Part shown: positions 1-13,334 of the stretch, piece after piece
Layout: each line of letters opens with the position of its first letter
Position numbering within the stretch: the stretch's first letter is position 1
Source: Psammoneis japonica
Taxonomy: Eukaryota
Reading direction: 5' to 3'
DNA: 57,030 nt
NCBI GenBank assembly: GCA_008632985.1
Contig: QPGO01000019.1
Span: forward strand, 806,001-863,030
Made by a program: the position numbers and the translations under genes
The notes under the pieces: generated by a model
The model's input: only the letters and a program-made list of their open reading frames with translations
Databases searched by the model: none
Told to the model about the DNA's origin: nothing

Positions 1-1750
1 CAGCAGAAAATTGGTCTTGCATTTGTCAACAGAAGCCCCAGCACCTGGGAGCATTGATCCTCAAAAGTTGCACATCAAGTGCCCTTGCTGACAACTCAGT
101 GTCCAAAGCCATCTCTGGTCAAGTTCCTTTGCTTGCAATGCAGGAAGTTGTCAATCACTGCCTTGGCATGCATGCAAAACAGTTGGAATGGTTTCTTCCA
201 CATCTCTTCCAACACCCCAGATGGTCATTTGTCGCTGTTGGTTCCATTTTTGTGGCACTCCCCATGCAAAATTTGCGTTGTTCTTCATTGCTGTGACCTC
301 CTCCTTGAATGCTTCTTTTGTTGTCTCAGCCATTTCCTTGGGACATGCTCTGTGACAACCAATGTCCAATCTTGGAACCAACGCCAATTGACACTTGGCT
401 CATTGAACAAAAATTGCCCCAGCCACATGCTTTTCCCTTGCTGTCTTCTTCTCCAGTTGGCATTTTGCTTGGTGCAAAAAAACATTCACTGAAAGAATCT
501 TGGGAACAAACACTGCCAACCCCCATTTGCACACTTCTTCCAAGCCACCAACTCTTTTTTTTGCAAGTGCCTCTTCTGAATTTTCGGTGCTTTCCCACCA
601 ACTCTTGTCAGCAACTGCTGCGCTGCCCTGTTTCTTTTTCTTTCCATTCCTCTTGCCAAGGTTTTGACTCTGCATCCTTTTTTGTTTGATCATCTTCTTC
701 CTTCTGATTTCCTTCATTTCCTCATTCGGCAACCATGTGTTGTCATCTTCTCCTTTGTCATCATCCACAAAAAGGGGTGAATCCACCACCCTTCTTCTTG
801 CTTCTGCCTTGTGTTCTGCTTTTGCTCCACCACACATCCAGCGCAGCTTGGCTCTGTCCACACCATGTGGCTGCTTTGCAAAACACTTTCTGCATTTCCA
901 AATCTTTCTTTCATCCTTTTCAGTGCTGCTTGCTGTCACACTCTTCACATCAACTCCTTTCTTGAGTGCATTTTCCATTCTCTTTGCTTGCAATTTGGCT
1001 CTCAACTTCTTCCTCTTTGATGCCAGCTCTTGCCAATGTTGACACATCTTGAGTTTTGCTCTTGCGTGCTTTGACATTTGCTTTGGATTGAACACATGCA
1101 ACACAAGCTGCACTCCAAACACAAGAAGCTTGTTAAATTTCTCTGCACACATTTGAACTCTGTCATGCACCAACCCTGTGTCATTCTAAATGGGGTGCAG
1201 CAAAATGGGCACTGCCAAAATTGGTGCTGATTGGACCATCTTCATTTCTTTCCTCACACTCTCTTTCTTTTGCTCTTTTTTCAACCTCTCAATTTCTTTC
1301 TCATTTTTTCTTTTTTCCCTTCCTTTTTTCTCACACTCTCCTTCCCCTCATCTAATCTTTCCCTGTTGCTTGCCATTGCACTGTCATCAGATGCATTCAT
1401 TTGCTTTTGAGACACTTCGCAAATCACTCCAAACTTCCCTCCATCAAATTCATTCGCACACGTGTCATGTTCATTCTGATTGACACCCCCACCCTTGCTG
1501 CTTGGACATCTTTTCTGCACGGCTCATGTTTGAGCATCCCCTTTCCCTTCAACTTTCTTCTTTTCAGCTCTTGTCCTTGTCAACTTTGCCATTTCTTCAC
1601 AAAACACGTGCATTTTCTCATGTCACCTCCACTTTTGCGCATTTTTGCTGACCCCATCAATGTCTTTTTTCACCACATCACCATGATTTTGCCATTCGCA
1701 GCCCATGTTTGCAGGGTGCATTTCTTCTCACGACACCTCTCACCTCCTCC
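1..1750. mobile_element. Degenerate repeat/TE remnant, TpA- and CpG-depleted domain (family not identified)
   Basis: Almost no TA and few CG dinucleotides; dense overlapping Cys/His/Gln-rich ORFs on both strands; a charged coding remnant on the minus strand (400..1173) with no recognisable domain. TE origin is inferred by analogy with the other depleted domains. Confidence 0.5.
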
Positions 1751-2160
1751 TCGCCTCTATCTATCTCACCTTCTTCCCCTCTGCAGCGCAGCCGCCCAGC
1801 ACCCAAGCACCACCTCCCCTCCTTCCGAGGGATGGGCGTTCAGTTAGTCTGCGCGCACTTGCTTGATGTGTGAGCCACACGCCACCAACTGCAGTGCACT
1901 GCAGTGCTGCCGCACGACATACAGACCATAATCGGGTCCATCGCCGCGCCGGCGCCGGCCGCCGCCAACAGTACTGTACATATTCGAATATTGTAGATAA
2001 TTCATATTCAATAATCATTTATTCAAGCCAATTCGTTGTGACGTCATGGAGAATCCACCTGCTGATAATTAATAATAAACAGCTGCCACGCCCCTGCTTT
2101 CTTTCAGACGGCGTACTGTAGATTTTGAATCTTACTGTGTGTATTGTGATCTTTGACATA

Positions 2161-2457
2161 CTACACAAATTGCAAGACAATTGCGCGATTCACGTGCCCG
2201 AAGGTGGAATATCGTTGCCCGAAGCAACATTCTCCCTTCGCGCAGATGTCAATTCTACGTATGATGTGGTATCAAAATTTTCATTTTGGTCCCAGTCATT
2301 TCATCAAATGACCTTGTGGTACTCTCCTACGTGATCTACGAAAATCGGAGCTTCGGGCTGGCTGGTACATTTTCTACAGGCTCTACGTGCGCGAAGCTCG
2401 AATTTCAACAATCACCCTTCGGGCACGTGAATCGCGCAATTGTCTTGCAATTCGTAG
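2161..2457. mobile_element. MITE-like element with terminal inverted repeats and TA flanks
   Basis: Perfect 37-bp inverted repeat 2168..2204 / 2416..2452 (aattgcaagacaattgcgcgattcacgtgcccgaagg). It extends imperfectly to ctac...gtag termini, flanked by TA at 2159-2160 and 2458-2459. No coding capacity. Confidence 0.7.
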
Positions 2458-2524
2458 TAAGCAGCATTCATTCGATGCAGTGAAGTTGGCGCCACAACCA
2501 TACTGTATCGCCATTGAAAGCAAG

Positions 2525-5500
2525 ATGAACGATGATAGCGTCGATGACGTTGAAGTAGATGTAGATGGGGGTGTCCAAATCCAAAATAATGAACTGAAAG
2601 AGGAGGAACATCCAGAGGAAGAGCACCCGGAAGAAGCAAAGGACAAGGTGCCAGAATCGGATGATTCCTACCGACGAAAGGTCTATGAAGATATCGGAAA
2701 CATTTGGAACATTGCTGCTCCGATGGCCATTCGAAATCTTTCTGTTTTGAAAGACAAGAAGAAGAATGGCGATGAAGGATCCGATCTTGCGGGAGCTCCA
2801 AATTTCATGACGGCCATTATCGGTTCTTGGCTTGCACGCAAATTGGGCTGTACGAATCCCCCATCACGGGAATCAACACGAGAGGGCGATGGAGACGGCG
2901 GCGGTATCTCCGACAAGTACGTTATTCATCATATCAGTGCCGTCCTTTCTCCTGGTGAAGCCACACTGTTGATTGCTCCTAGTTCCAGTGGAAAGACAAC
3001 GCTACTGCGGACTATTGCAGATCTTTGTGAATCGACTCAAGAGAACGAGCGGGAAGGAAGTCTTTTGATTGGAGGCTGTGATCCCTCGGACCCACAATAC
3101 AAGGGTTTCTTTCGTCGTTCTACTAAATTCGCCGATCAAGGTGACCTTACTCTTACGCCAGTTTTGACGGTAGAAGAAACGATTCGCTTCACAAGCTCGT
3201 GTGCAATGGACCAAACCGACGAACAACAGGAAAAGTACGTGCATGACTGCCTCCGTCTCGCCGGTTTGAGTCACGTGGCAGGGACAGTGGTGGGTAATGC
3301 AGAGATTCGTGGAGTTTCGGGTGGGCAAAAGCGTCGTGTCAAGATGCTAGAAATGGCAGTTGGACAAGACGCGAGAGTCCTTCTATTGGACGAGATTACG
3401 AATGGACTCGACTCTGCGTCAGCCCTTGCGAGCTGCCGAAATGTTGTCGTTTCCGTAGAAACTACTGGCTGTACTGCTCTTGTTAGTCTTTTGCAGCCAT
3501 CACCCGACAGCTACAGTCAATTTCACCGGGTAATTGTGCTCACCGAAGATGGAGAAATGGCGTATTCGGGACCTAGAGACTCAGCGGTCAGCCACTTTGA
3601 ATCTCTTGGATTGGCCAAGCCTGCCGATATGGATGAACCAGAGTTCCTACTCCGTTGTGCTTTCGAGCCCGAAAGTTTCATGAACAACAACGACGAGTCG
3701 AAGCTGACTCCTTCTGCCTTGGCGAGCATGTTTGCCGATACACCTGCTGGCAAATCGCTAATGGATCAGCTGGATGCTGCCGAGTCGACAGAAGCAAAGG
3801 AAAACCCAAAGGAGCTACCGGTATTCGCCAAGTCTCAACTGAAACAACTTGCGTTACTCCTTGGTCGTGGATGGAAGCTGATAATGCGCGTGCCAGACAC
3901 TTTCATCCGAGTGATCTCCGCAGTTCTCTTTGGGCTCTTTATTGGGACGTTGTTTCTGAACACCCCTGCTGACGCTGGTGGAACCCAGACTCGTGCTGGT
4001 TATGCGTTCACGACACTCATGCTCTTGTTTGATATTGGGGCGAATTGTCCTCTGGAAGCAAACTTTAAAGACCGCATGACTTTTTATTGCCATCGAGAGT
4101 GTAACTTTTACAGCACCAAGGCCTACTACATCTCAACGATGATTTGTTCTTGGTTTACCTCTTTCTTGGAAGCAACTTTCATCTGCCTTTGCAGTTTCTT
4201 CTGTGTTGGGATGGAGACGAATGGAGGATGGGGTTTCCTATACTTTTGGTTGATTTCAATCCTTCTTTCCTTTAACGGCCTGGCGACTGCGCGTATTCTG
4301 TCTTACTCGCTGCCATCGAATGATGTTGCTGCAGCGATTGGCCCGGCAATTCTAATTCTCTTCACAGTTACGGCTGGATTTGCTCCACATTATCTTGACA
4401 TGCCGGTTTGGCTCCGTTGGTTGTCGTGGTGCTCGCCTTGCGCTTATGCATACGAGGGTATGCTCATCAACGAACTACACACGCGAACAGTCTCAGTGGA
4501 TAACGTTTCCGTGCCAGGGAGCGAGTTTGGACAAGAGTTCTTGAACATCCCACGTATTCCATACGATCAGGCCAGTGCAGGCATGCAAACACCGGGGTCT
4601 GTTATGGCATTTGATGCTTACATGATCATTGCATTTACGATTCTTTTTGAAATTGTTGGGTGCGTCCTATTGCACGTGAGTATCAAGTGGTATGGGCCGA
4701 CCACCAAGCGCTACCAGGTGACTTCGGGCATGAGCCTCACTAAGGGAACTGACGTAATGGCTCAATTATCGAGAATGTTGCGTCGTTCCAGTACATTTGA
4801 ACCGGAGAAGCACACATCGGTTCCGACTGCTCCTCCGGCACATCTGACTTCAAGAGATATTGTGTACGAGGTTGATGTCCCAGTCAAAGCCGAAGAAGAA
4901 GAAAAGAAAGAAGAGACTGCGAAACCAAAGACCGACGGCGGAGCGGCTGCACCCGAAGTCGCAGATTCGGCGACGCTCTACCCTGAGCCAGTGGATGACG
5001 ATGAGCGGGTCCTCTTGACGGCAAGAGAATACGGACAAGCAGGCAAAGGCGAGGCACAAGAATTGTTGTTGAAGCGAGCTGTGGGCGCCGAGTCACTTTC
5101 ATCGCGAAGTGCCTCATTATCCGCAGCTTCCAATACGATCCGAGTGGAGGCGCTGACTGCCGCGGAAGCTGGTGCGGCAGATGATCTCGATCCACCGGCT
5201 CCAGGGAGGCTCCGACTTTTGAGTGGAATTACTTCGACATTTAGCCCAGGTACCATGACAGCTCTCATGGGAAGCTCGGGTAAGCCGTTGTTGCCGATAC
5301 AGTATGTGGAGATCCGTTTTGGTGCGTACGTGTACTAACCACTATTTCACTTGTATTCATAGGTGCCGGTAAAACTACGCTGTGAGCTCAGAAGACTGTT
5401 TCTTCGACGCGTTTTGCTTTATCGTTTCATGCGCTCACGTCGTTTTCGTTTCCGTAGCCTTGACGTTCTCGCAGGTTACAAGACAGGCGGTCACATCACT

Positions 5501-7175
5501 GGAAATATCTCTCTAAACGGCGTGCCCAAGACTGACGAGATGTGGCGCCTTGTTGCTGGATATTGTGAGCAAACCGACTTGCATAATCCCGCCATGACGG
5601 TGAGAGAATCTCTAATGTTCGCTGCAAGGATGCGTCTTCGGCCTTTCTCGCTTTCAGAAGAGGCTCGGATGGCTTTCTGTGAGGAGAACATGGAGCTTCT
5701 CGAGCTCGAGGAATACGCCGATGTCCTTGTTGGCGACGAAGCAGCCGGTGACGGACTTCCAAAACATGCACGGAAGCGCCTTACGCTTGGTATTGAGCTC
5801 TCGGCGAATCCGTCCATTTTGTTTGCTGATGAGCCAACATCCGGACTCGACTCGTTAAGCGCATTGCTCGTGGTGAAATCTCTTCAAAGGATTGCGGCGT
5901 CTCGAGGTGTCACTGTCGTTTGTACCATCCACCAGCCTTCGAAAGAGGTGTTCGAGACGTTCGAAAACCTTTTGTTACTTCGGAAGGGCGGAACCGTCGT
6001 CTTCAATGGACCGATTTCTTCGATCAGCAACTACATGACATCAATGTCCGGAGACGACAAGTATGCTTTGAAACCTGGTATGAACCCTGCCGACCATGCT
6101 TTGGACGTTTTCTGTGGTCCCGGAGGCGAGGCGTCGATTGGGGAATGCTATACAAGCGCTCTTCTATGGCGTCCAACATTAATCAAACTGTCGAAGCGTC
6201 TGAGAACGACAAGTCCGGTGGTATTGATGTGGAGGACACCGAGAAACTTGGTATGTTTGTGGAGCTCTCGAACGTTCTGCGCCGACAAGTTCTTGCCCAT
6301 TGGCGAACTCCCACTTATATGGCGATAAGATTCTGGTGGACCCTGGTAAGTAATGCCGTAAGCAACGTGTGCATTTTTTCGTATTTTATTCTGTTCGATA
6401 GTGGTGCTTGTTGCTTACACATCGTCGCGGTGTATTCTGCAGTTTGGGACACTGTTGGTAAGCTTGATCTTCATCGGTTTACCTCAAACGACAGAAGGAG
6501 CCTTCAACCTTATCGGAGCAATCTTCAATTTCGTCACCTTGGCGACGGTTCCTCTATGTCTGCGTCTGTTCCGCTCATCATGGAGCGAGCAGTCTTTTAT
6601 CGTGAAGTGTCTAGTGGAACGTATCGAAAATACATTTATGCCATGGCTGTCGAGCTCGCTGAGATCCCGTTCAACCTCTTGATGGCAGTGATTTCATGGG
6701 TTATCTTCTACTGGATTGTGGATCTCGACCCAAGAGCCGACAGGGTGATTTACAATTTGTTGATGACTCTTGTCGTTTATTGGGTCTTGCCTCTATTTGG
6801 TCAGCTCGTTTCATTCGTTTCTCCGAACTTTGGCATTGCTGCCGTCATTCACGGAGTTCTGCTTGTGGGGTTCACCCTCACGATGGGCTTCCTAATTGCA
6901 CCTGACGAGATTCCAGGTTGGTGGATATGGGTGTACTGGATCAATCCGTTGAGATACGTTTTGCAAGGCATGGCTGTCAACGAGTTGGGTGACGGAAGAC
7001 TGTATCTAAATGAACAAACTGGAGAATCTGTTTCGGGTGATGTGATTTGGATAATCTCGGCGGCTGGTCTTTCGATCAACGTTGGTGGTATTGCTTCGTT
7101 GTTGTTATCATGTTTGGTCTCGCTGCAACGGCGGGTATGCTAGGTGCAGTGCGTATTAACTGGATGAAGCGTTGA
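2525..7175 (+). CDS. Full-size ABCG (PDR-type) ABC transporter, NBD-TMD-NBD-TMD
   Basis: NBD1: APSSSGKTT, VSGGQKRRV, LLLDE. NBD2: GSSGAGKTTLLDVLAG after splicing, YCEQ, ILFADEPTSGLD. Two TMDs, ERAVFYRE motif, C-terminal RINWMKR* at 7175. Introns 5280..5362, 5382..5457 and probably 6346..6441. Apparent 1-nt frameshifts near 6130, 6555 and 7047. Confidence 0.93.
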
Positions 7176-7429
7176 CCAAAGCAGATGTATATACCGGTAA
7201 TTCCTAGTAACTTGAGAATGACTCTTTACCGAGGCAAAGTATTCCAAAGCCACTTGTTGAGAAAACGTTGACTTTAACATAGCTTGTCGAATCAGGTGGA
7301 CCGATGCATCTTGTCGTCTAGCCTCGGGAATCGCGAAGATCGAAGTCGATGCAAAAATACCGTCATCAACCGGGTTTGGGTGCAGACCCAGCCACATTGA
7401 ACCGACTGCGCACTCGACGTCAGCGTCGT

Positions 7430-9200
7430 GTTGGCTCCAACAAGCCATTTTGTCCACATTTACAATGGCACAACCTCATCACAGCATGATGAGCGATGTT
7501 CATCAGTGGAAAATGATGAGTGTTGCGGCCTTGAGGTTTGTATTATGCTGGTTGTCATTTCTTGTAATTTTCTGTTGTCTCAGAAAATTTTCTGCACAGG
7601 CTCAAGGCAATTTCTGTGAGGATCCGCAGATGTCACTGATGATCTGCGTCTTGCTTCTGCAGATTGCTTTTATCCTTGCCAACTGGTCTTCAATGCCACT
7701 TCCTTTCTCTGCTGTTCAATCCAAGTCCTTCACTCTCTGGGGTGAAGCACTGCTTCTGTTGCGGCCCTTTTCAGCAAGAACAACAGTTGTCCTTTGGCAT
7801 CATTTGACCGCCATCAGTTTGCTGCTCCTGCTGGCTTTTCTGTGCAAGATCAGCATTGTTTCCACATGTCACCACTGATGATCTGTTGTCACTTCTCCAG
7901 ACTGCTTTCATCCTTGCCAACTGGTCTTCAACACCACTTCTTTCCTCTGCCGTTCAATCAAGTCCTTTGCTCTTTGGGGCGAATGTGGTGCTTCTGTTGT
8001 GGCCTTTTTCAGCAAGAACACAAGTCATCCTGCAGTGTCATTTGATTGCCATGCATTTGCGGGCTGCTCCCACTGGCTTTTCTGTGCAAGACCCAGTGTT
8101 GTCTCTGCGTGCAATGAATGTTTTCTCCAATGAGCAACCTGCTTCTCTCACCTTCAAGCAGGCTCCTTTTGTGGGCTGTTTTAAAAACCCATCCGGGTGC
8201 AACAGCCCTCTGCAGTTGTGGCATGCCTTCTGTGGCTGTCACCAACAATCACACAACAAATCCCTTGTGTGAATCATTCCTTTTCAGTTGTCTTGGTGGG
8301 GTGTCACCTCATTCTGGCAGCTGGCACCACCCATTCTGGCAGCCCCCTGCGTGCAAAAAGCTCCTGCCACACTGAAGCAGCGTGCTTGCTGGGAGCATGT
8401 GTCAGCCAGTGTCGGCACAGCTGGCAATGGAGTGACAGCACTTGAAATTTAGACTTTTTTCACATCATTGTAAACAACACCAGCCCCAGCAACAACCTGA
8501 AAGGGGCACTGTCTTGACGCAAAGTCATTCACGGGAGCAACCCTTGCTTGGTGGGTGGGTGCAAGAAAACCAGGCTTGCTGGGGAGCATTGACCACACTG
8601 CCATGCTGTTCAAAACATTTCTGGAACCTGAAACATCAGTTTGATGTGCGCATTGCATGTGCTTGTGATTGTTGGTGTGTGTCAGGCATGGGGCAGGCAT
8701 TTTGTTGGTGGATTGTCCCACTGCAATGGCCCACACAGTTGGCTTCAGCTCAAGGTGGCATGGGTGCAAAAGTGGGCCAGATTCTGTGTGTGCAGAACTT
8801 GGCACGTGTTTTCTGCACAAATTGCCACAGTCACCTCACCAACTTTTGAACCCTCTCCCAGATGATGAAAATTTGAACATTTTTCACGTGACAAAGTGTC
8901 CAGACCACTCAACTGCAGTCCCCTCGACTTGTTCATGGAGAGAAACTGCATGTTTTCATGTGTTTTTGAAGACACACACCCCGAATTTAATCAGAAAGGT
9001 GCCAAAATCGCGACGTTCGAGTTTTGCAGAGATGTGGGATGTGGCAAACGACAAATGTGTGAAATTGAAACATGTTGTGTGGTTTCTTTCAATGATTCAT
9101 GGCCAGGGTGATTCATCGAAATGATTCTTCCCCCATTCTGAAGTGCCAGTTCTCAATTCTACAGCATGACAACAGTCATGGCGGCGATCGTTGATTTTTG
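7430..9200. mobile_element. Degenerate repeat/TE remnant, TpA- and CpG-depleted domain
   Basis: Sharp compositional switch after the ABCG 3' end and back again before the helicase; contains an internal tandem duplication; no identifiable domain. Confidence 0.5.
7631..8105 (+). repeat. Diverged tandem duplication, two units of about 235-240 bp
   Basis: Both units (starting ~7631 and ~7868) share, in order, cactgatgatctg, atccttgccaactggtcttcaa, ttttcagcaagaaca and ctggcttttctgtgcaaga. Confidence 0.8.
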
Positions 9201-9372
9201 TGTCTGGCCGTACCCCGGATTCAGGTCTAGAGGGGCTGTGGGCTGGGCTTGGGCTGGGCAAAAAGAGCAAAAAAAGGTGGAGCTACGAGCTACAATCTTG
9301 AGACTTGAGATCGACACAACTTGAAACTAACAGCAACGCATACCTCATCGTTGCTGCCTTGCGTAAATCATC

Positions 9373-12300
9373 ATGAAGACAGCAACAAGGCCCACCAAGC
9401 GTGTCAGAAAAGAAGCAGAACCAGAATTGGTTTTGTCGTTGCGTCGATTGGATCCGATTTTGCAGTTTCTTACCAGAGCCACGGGCAAACCCATGGTGCC
9501 TCTGAAAACGCTGCAATCCACGCTACCAAACGACTTGCAGCAGTCGATTCTGAATCATTTACCAGAATTGTCCAAGCGTGGTGTACTTTTTCTCGAGAAA
9601 AATTCAATGGTTTTCCTCCGCCACCGTCCATAAATGACGACGACACTGCAGCGCAGGAGCAGCAAAGCAAGAGCGGGACCTTGCACGGCAGCACAAAGAC
9701 GGCAGCCAAGAGGAGATTGGCGGCACTGAAACGCAGTCTCAAGGAAACACCAGACTGCATGGTTGATGACGATGATGTCAATAACAATGCTGAGGAGTGC
9801 CATGAAACGAATGAGAGTGAAATCAGAACCGAAGACAATAATAAAACTGAAACTGTAGCGCCTCTCGAGCATGATGATGAGAAACCAGAGGCGACAAAAC
9901 TACCAGTTGGAGTATCTCGCGAAGAACAAGAGGCTCGAAAAACACTGGATACGCTCTTTGGGTTTCTACCTCTAGAAAAGAGGTTGCCTTCCGTACAGCA
10001 CTGCAAAGCGAAAGACGTTCTTTTCCCACTTGCCGGTCAAGCCGCATATGCCGGCTCAAGGCCCGGACGGTCCGTTTGTTATGGCGTGTTGGGCACTACC
10101 ATGAATCAGATTCCAGAATCCTTATTGGATGCCTTTGGGATTGAAAGTGGCACCCAAGAATCATTATTTCATAACCGCCGTCGTTTGTACAAGCACCAAG
10201 CAGACGCCATTCATTCGGCTTTGCAGGGCATCCACACCATTGTCTGCACCGGTACAGGGTCGGGCAAGTCGCTATGCTTTTTGCTTCCCGTCTTGGCAAC
10301 AGCCATGACGACGACATCATGTACATCGCTAGTCATGTTTCCAACCAAGGCACTTGCCCAAGACCAAATGACCAAGCTGACCGCCATGTTGGAAAGGGCG
10401 TCTCCCGAGTTGTCACAACGCATCTTTCCTGGTATCATTGATGGCGACGTGTCTCACGCACAACGTGCTCAAGTGGTGCAGCATTGCAATGTCATATTCA
10501 CCAATCCCGATACTCTCCATGCGGCAATCTTGCCCAATCGAAAATTATACCGCAACATACTGGAGAGACTAAAGTACGTTGTTATTGATGAAGCGCACTT
10601 GTACGAGGGTGTCTTTGGAGCGCACGTGGCCTTGGTCTTGTCACGGCTCGCAAGGGTCTGCATGGCTAACAACAACTCCATGCCGCTACCAACGTACCTG
10701 GCGTGCTCTGCCACGCTGACGCATCCCGCACAACACTTTCGAATGCTTTGTCCCATATCCGATAAGGATCCAATTACTGTGATTTCGAGTGAACAAGATG
10801 GATCGCCCTGTGCACAAAAGTTCTTTTTTGTGTGGAATCCGCCCGTCATGGACGTTGCTTCGGGGAGTAGCACCGGACGAGTGACGGTTCCAAAGAAAAA
10901 AGAAGGCGGACGAAAATACCAATGTTGACGACAGTGGCATCATTGTTCAGAATGCGTCCATGCCGTCCATGATGGGTCAAGACGGGGTCGCCATGGACAC
11001 CGGTGAAGGTGCGTCTCCAGAGGCGGCAAGTAGGGTTGACAAACAGCGGCGATTGTAAAAAGAAAGAGGCCTGGGAGCATTCAATTGTACCGTCGCCATG
11101 CAGCCGAGGAAACCGCGTTGCTTCTTGCCAAGGTTGTAAGTAATAATGTGCGATGCATTGTGTTTTGCAAAACTCGCTGTTTGGTAGAGTGGGTTTATGA
11201 ACGAACCGTGTCGGCTCTAAGATCAAATTCATCTACGGCAAGCTTGGCCATGCGAGTCGAGTCCTATCGTGGTGGCTATACAGCCAAAGAGCGACGGTCT
11301 ATTGAAAAGCGCTTGTTTCAAAATGAGCTGTTGGGTGTGGTAGGAACGTCGGCTCTGGAATTGGGAGTGGACATTGGTGGGATTGATCTTACGCTTCATT
11401 GTGGATATCCAACGTCCTATAGCTCGTTACTGCAGCAAGCAGGTCGTGCCGGACGAGGTGGAAGTGTGCCTTCGGTTGCGGTCATGATTTGTTTTAATTC
11501 ACCCTGCGAGCAACACATTTGGCGTCACCCATCCAACTTGCTTGGCTGTGGAGTGAACGTACCTCCATCCTTGCCCATGAACTCAGGTCTTGTTCAAAGC
11601 CACATGTTGTGTGCTGGTGACGAGTTTCCTCTGACGGGAGAAAGTCTGTTTCAAGTGTCGTTGACCCGGACGGAACTCATGACTATTCGTCCTCGTTAAA
11701 CGACTTTGATCTGTTTTGTTCCGAGGATGCGTACAAGGAGTCCCTGGATGTCTTACTTTCAAGTGGCTCGCTTGTAAAGGAACGGGTTAGTGTTGCGGGA
11801 TGCGATTTGAAGCATGATGTGTGCAAGACTCACGCGGTAAGTACAACGCCGGGGCGCAGTACGCGGTATGCTTCTCAGTGCTTCTTAACAACAACATGGT
11901 GGTGTCTTTTGCGCTATAAGGGTATCGGAAAGCCATGGTCGAAAGTGTCGCTACGATCCATCGAGCCAATAAATTACTTCATTGTCGATGTTGATCACCC
12001 AATGCAAGGAGGACAGACAACACTATCAGCGAGGAGGCTGTGTTAGACACAATCCCTTATTCTCGAGTTTTCTACCACGCGTTTCCTGGTGCAATTATTA
12101 TTCACCGAGGGAAGAGATACGAGGTTCAAAGCATGACGCGACCACCACCCTTCATTGCTGCACTCCCTTTGCAAACAACTACCGAGGCAGCTGCAACCTT
12201 GGAGCCTTCGCCAAGAGAACTACAGCACGGTATTTCACGAGGCCATTGAGTAAGCTGTACATAACCGTTGTAAAACAAATGGAACGCATTGACGGTGTGA

Positions 12301-13198
12301 AGATGATCCTAAGACAGCGCCGAGCAAGGAAGCACAAGAAACATTAATGGATGAACTTCCCTTTCCAAAGACGGCGCTCTTGGCGGCAACGGGGTGTCAA
12401 TGTGAAGCGTGAAGTACACGGGTACAAGAAGTTGTCCCCAGTAACGAGAGAAGAGCTATCGCGTTCCGAAATTTCGTTGCCACCCATGGAGTATGATACG
12501 TTTGCCCTGTGGCTCGACACGGATGCATCGTCACTCTCAGAACACATATTGGACTACGATGCTGGAGTGCACGCATTGTCTCATGCTCTCGTTGCAGTCG
12601 CACCTCTCTTTGTTTCATGTACAAGCTCAGATATTGACTGCGACCATAGTACCTTCCAATGTACTCGATTGGCGTTGTTCGATGTCAGAGCGGGAGGGCT
12701 GGAACTTGCGCTCAATTGTGGCATCATCTATTTCGACCCAGGGACTTTTGAGCGCGGCAGTCGATCTGCTTACAACTTGTCCGTCCTGTGACGTTGACAA
12801 TAGATACCAAGGCGGATGTCCAGCTTGTATCCAATCTGGTCAATGTCTCAAGTTTAACCAGGATCTCTCCAGGTCAGCAGGGGCTATAATTGGCAATCGC
12901 TTGTTGGCTCGCATCGAACAAACTGAAATGTACAAGAGCCATTGTGAGTATTCCGAAGAGCATGATGTGTGGGCTGTAGCGATGACCGAGCGGCAGCGAA
13001 AGCTCCGAGAGCAACGAGAAGAAGAAGTCATCACCCAAGACTGCTTCATCCCCTAGAAGACGTGCAAGAGCTCAAGCTCTTCGCAACGCTAAGGATCTTT
13101 CTGGTGCACGCGAACGCCAAATCGTGGTGGGTCGGCCTTCCTGGCCTCTTGATGGTAGTGAAAGTCGAGTTGGAGGCCGGCAAGCCGATTGTCACTGA
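9373..13198 (+). CDS. HRQ1: Hrq1/MrfA-family DEAH-box helicase with C-terminal Zn-binding DUF1998-type domain
   Basis: Motifs TGTGSGKS, PTKALAQDQ, TNPD, VVIDEAH, SAT, ALELGVDIG, QQAGRAGR; C-terminal HALSHAL and C-x-x-C...GCPACI...C. Intron about 11837..11920. Split over several ORFs by apparent 1-nt indels, so the ends are approximate. Confidence 0.88.
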
Positions 13199-13334
13199 AT
13201 AATCCAAAGAGCTGAGCATTCCAAGACTGCACAACTGTGCTTATGAATTCGATCACGACTCAGTCTGACGGGTCGCGTTTCTGATACATCAGCTCGGAAC
13301 AATTAAAACACAAAACCATCACTCTAATACGGTA

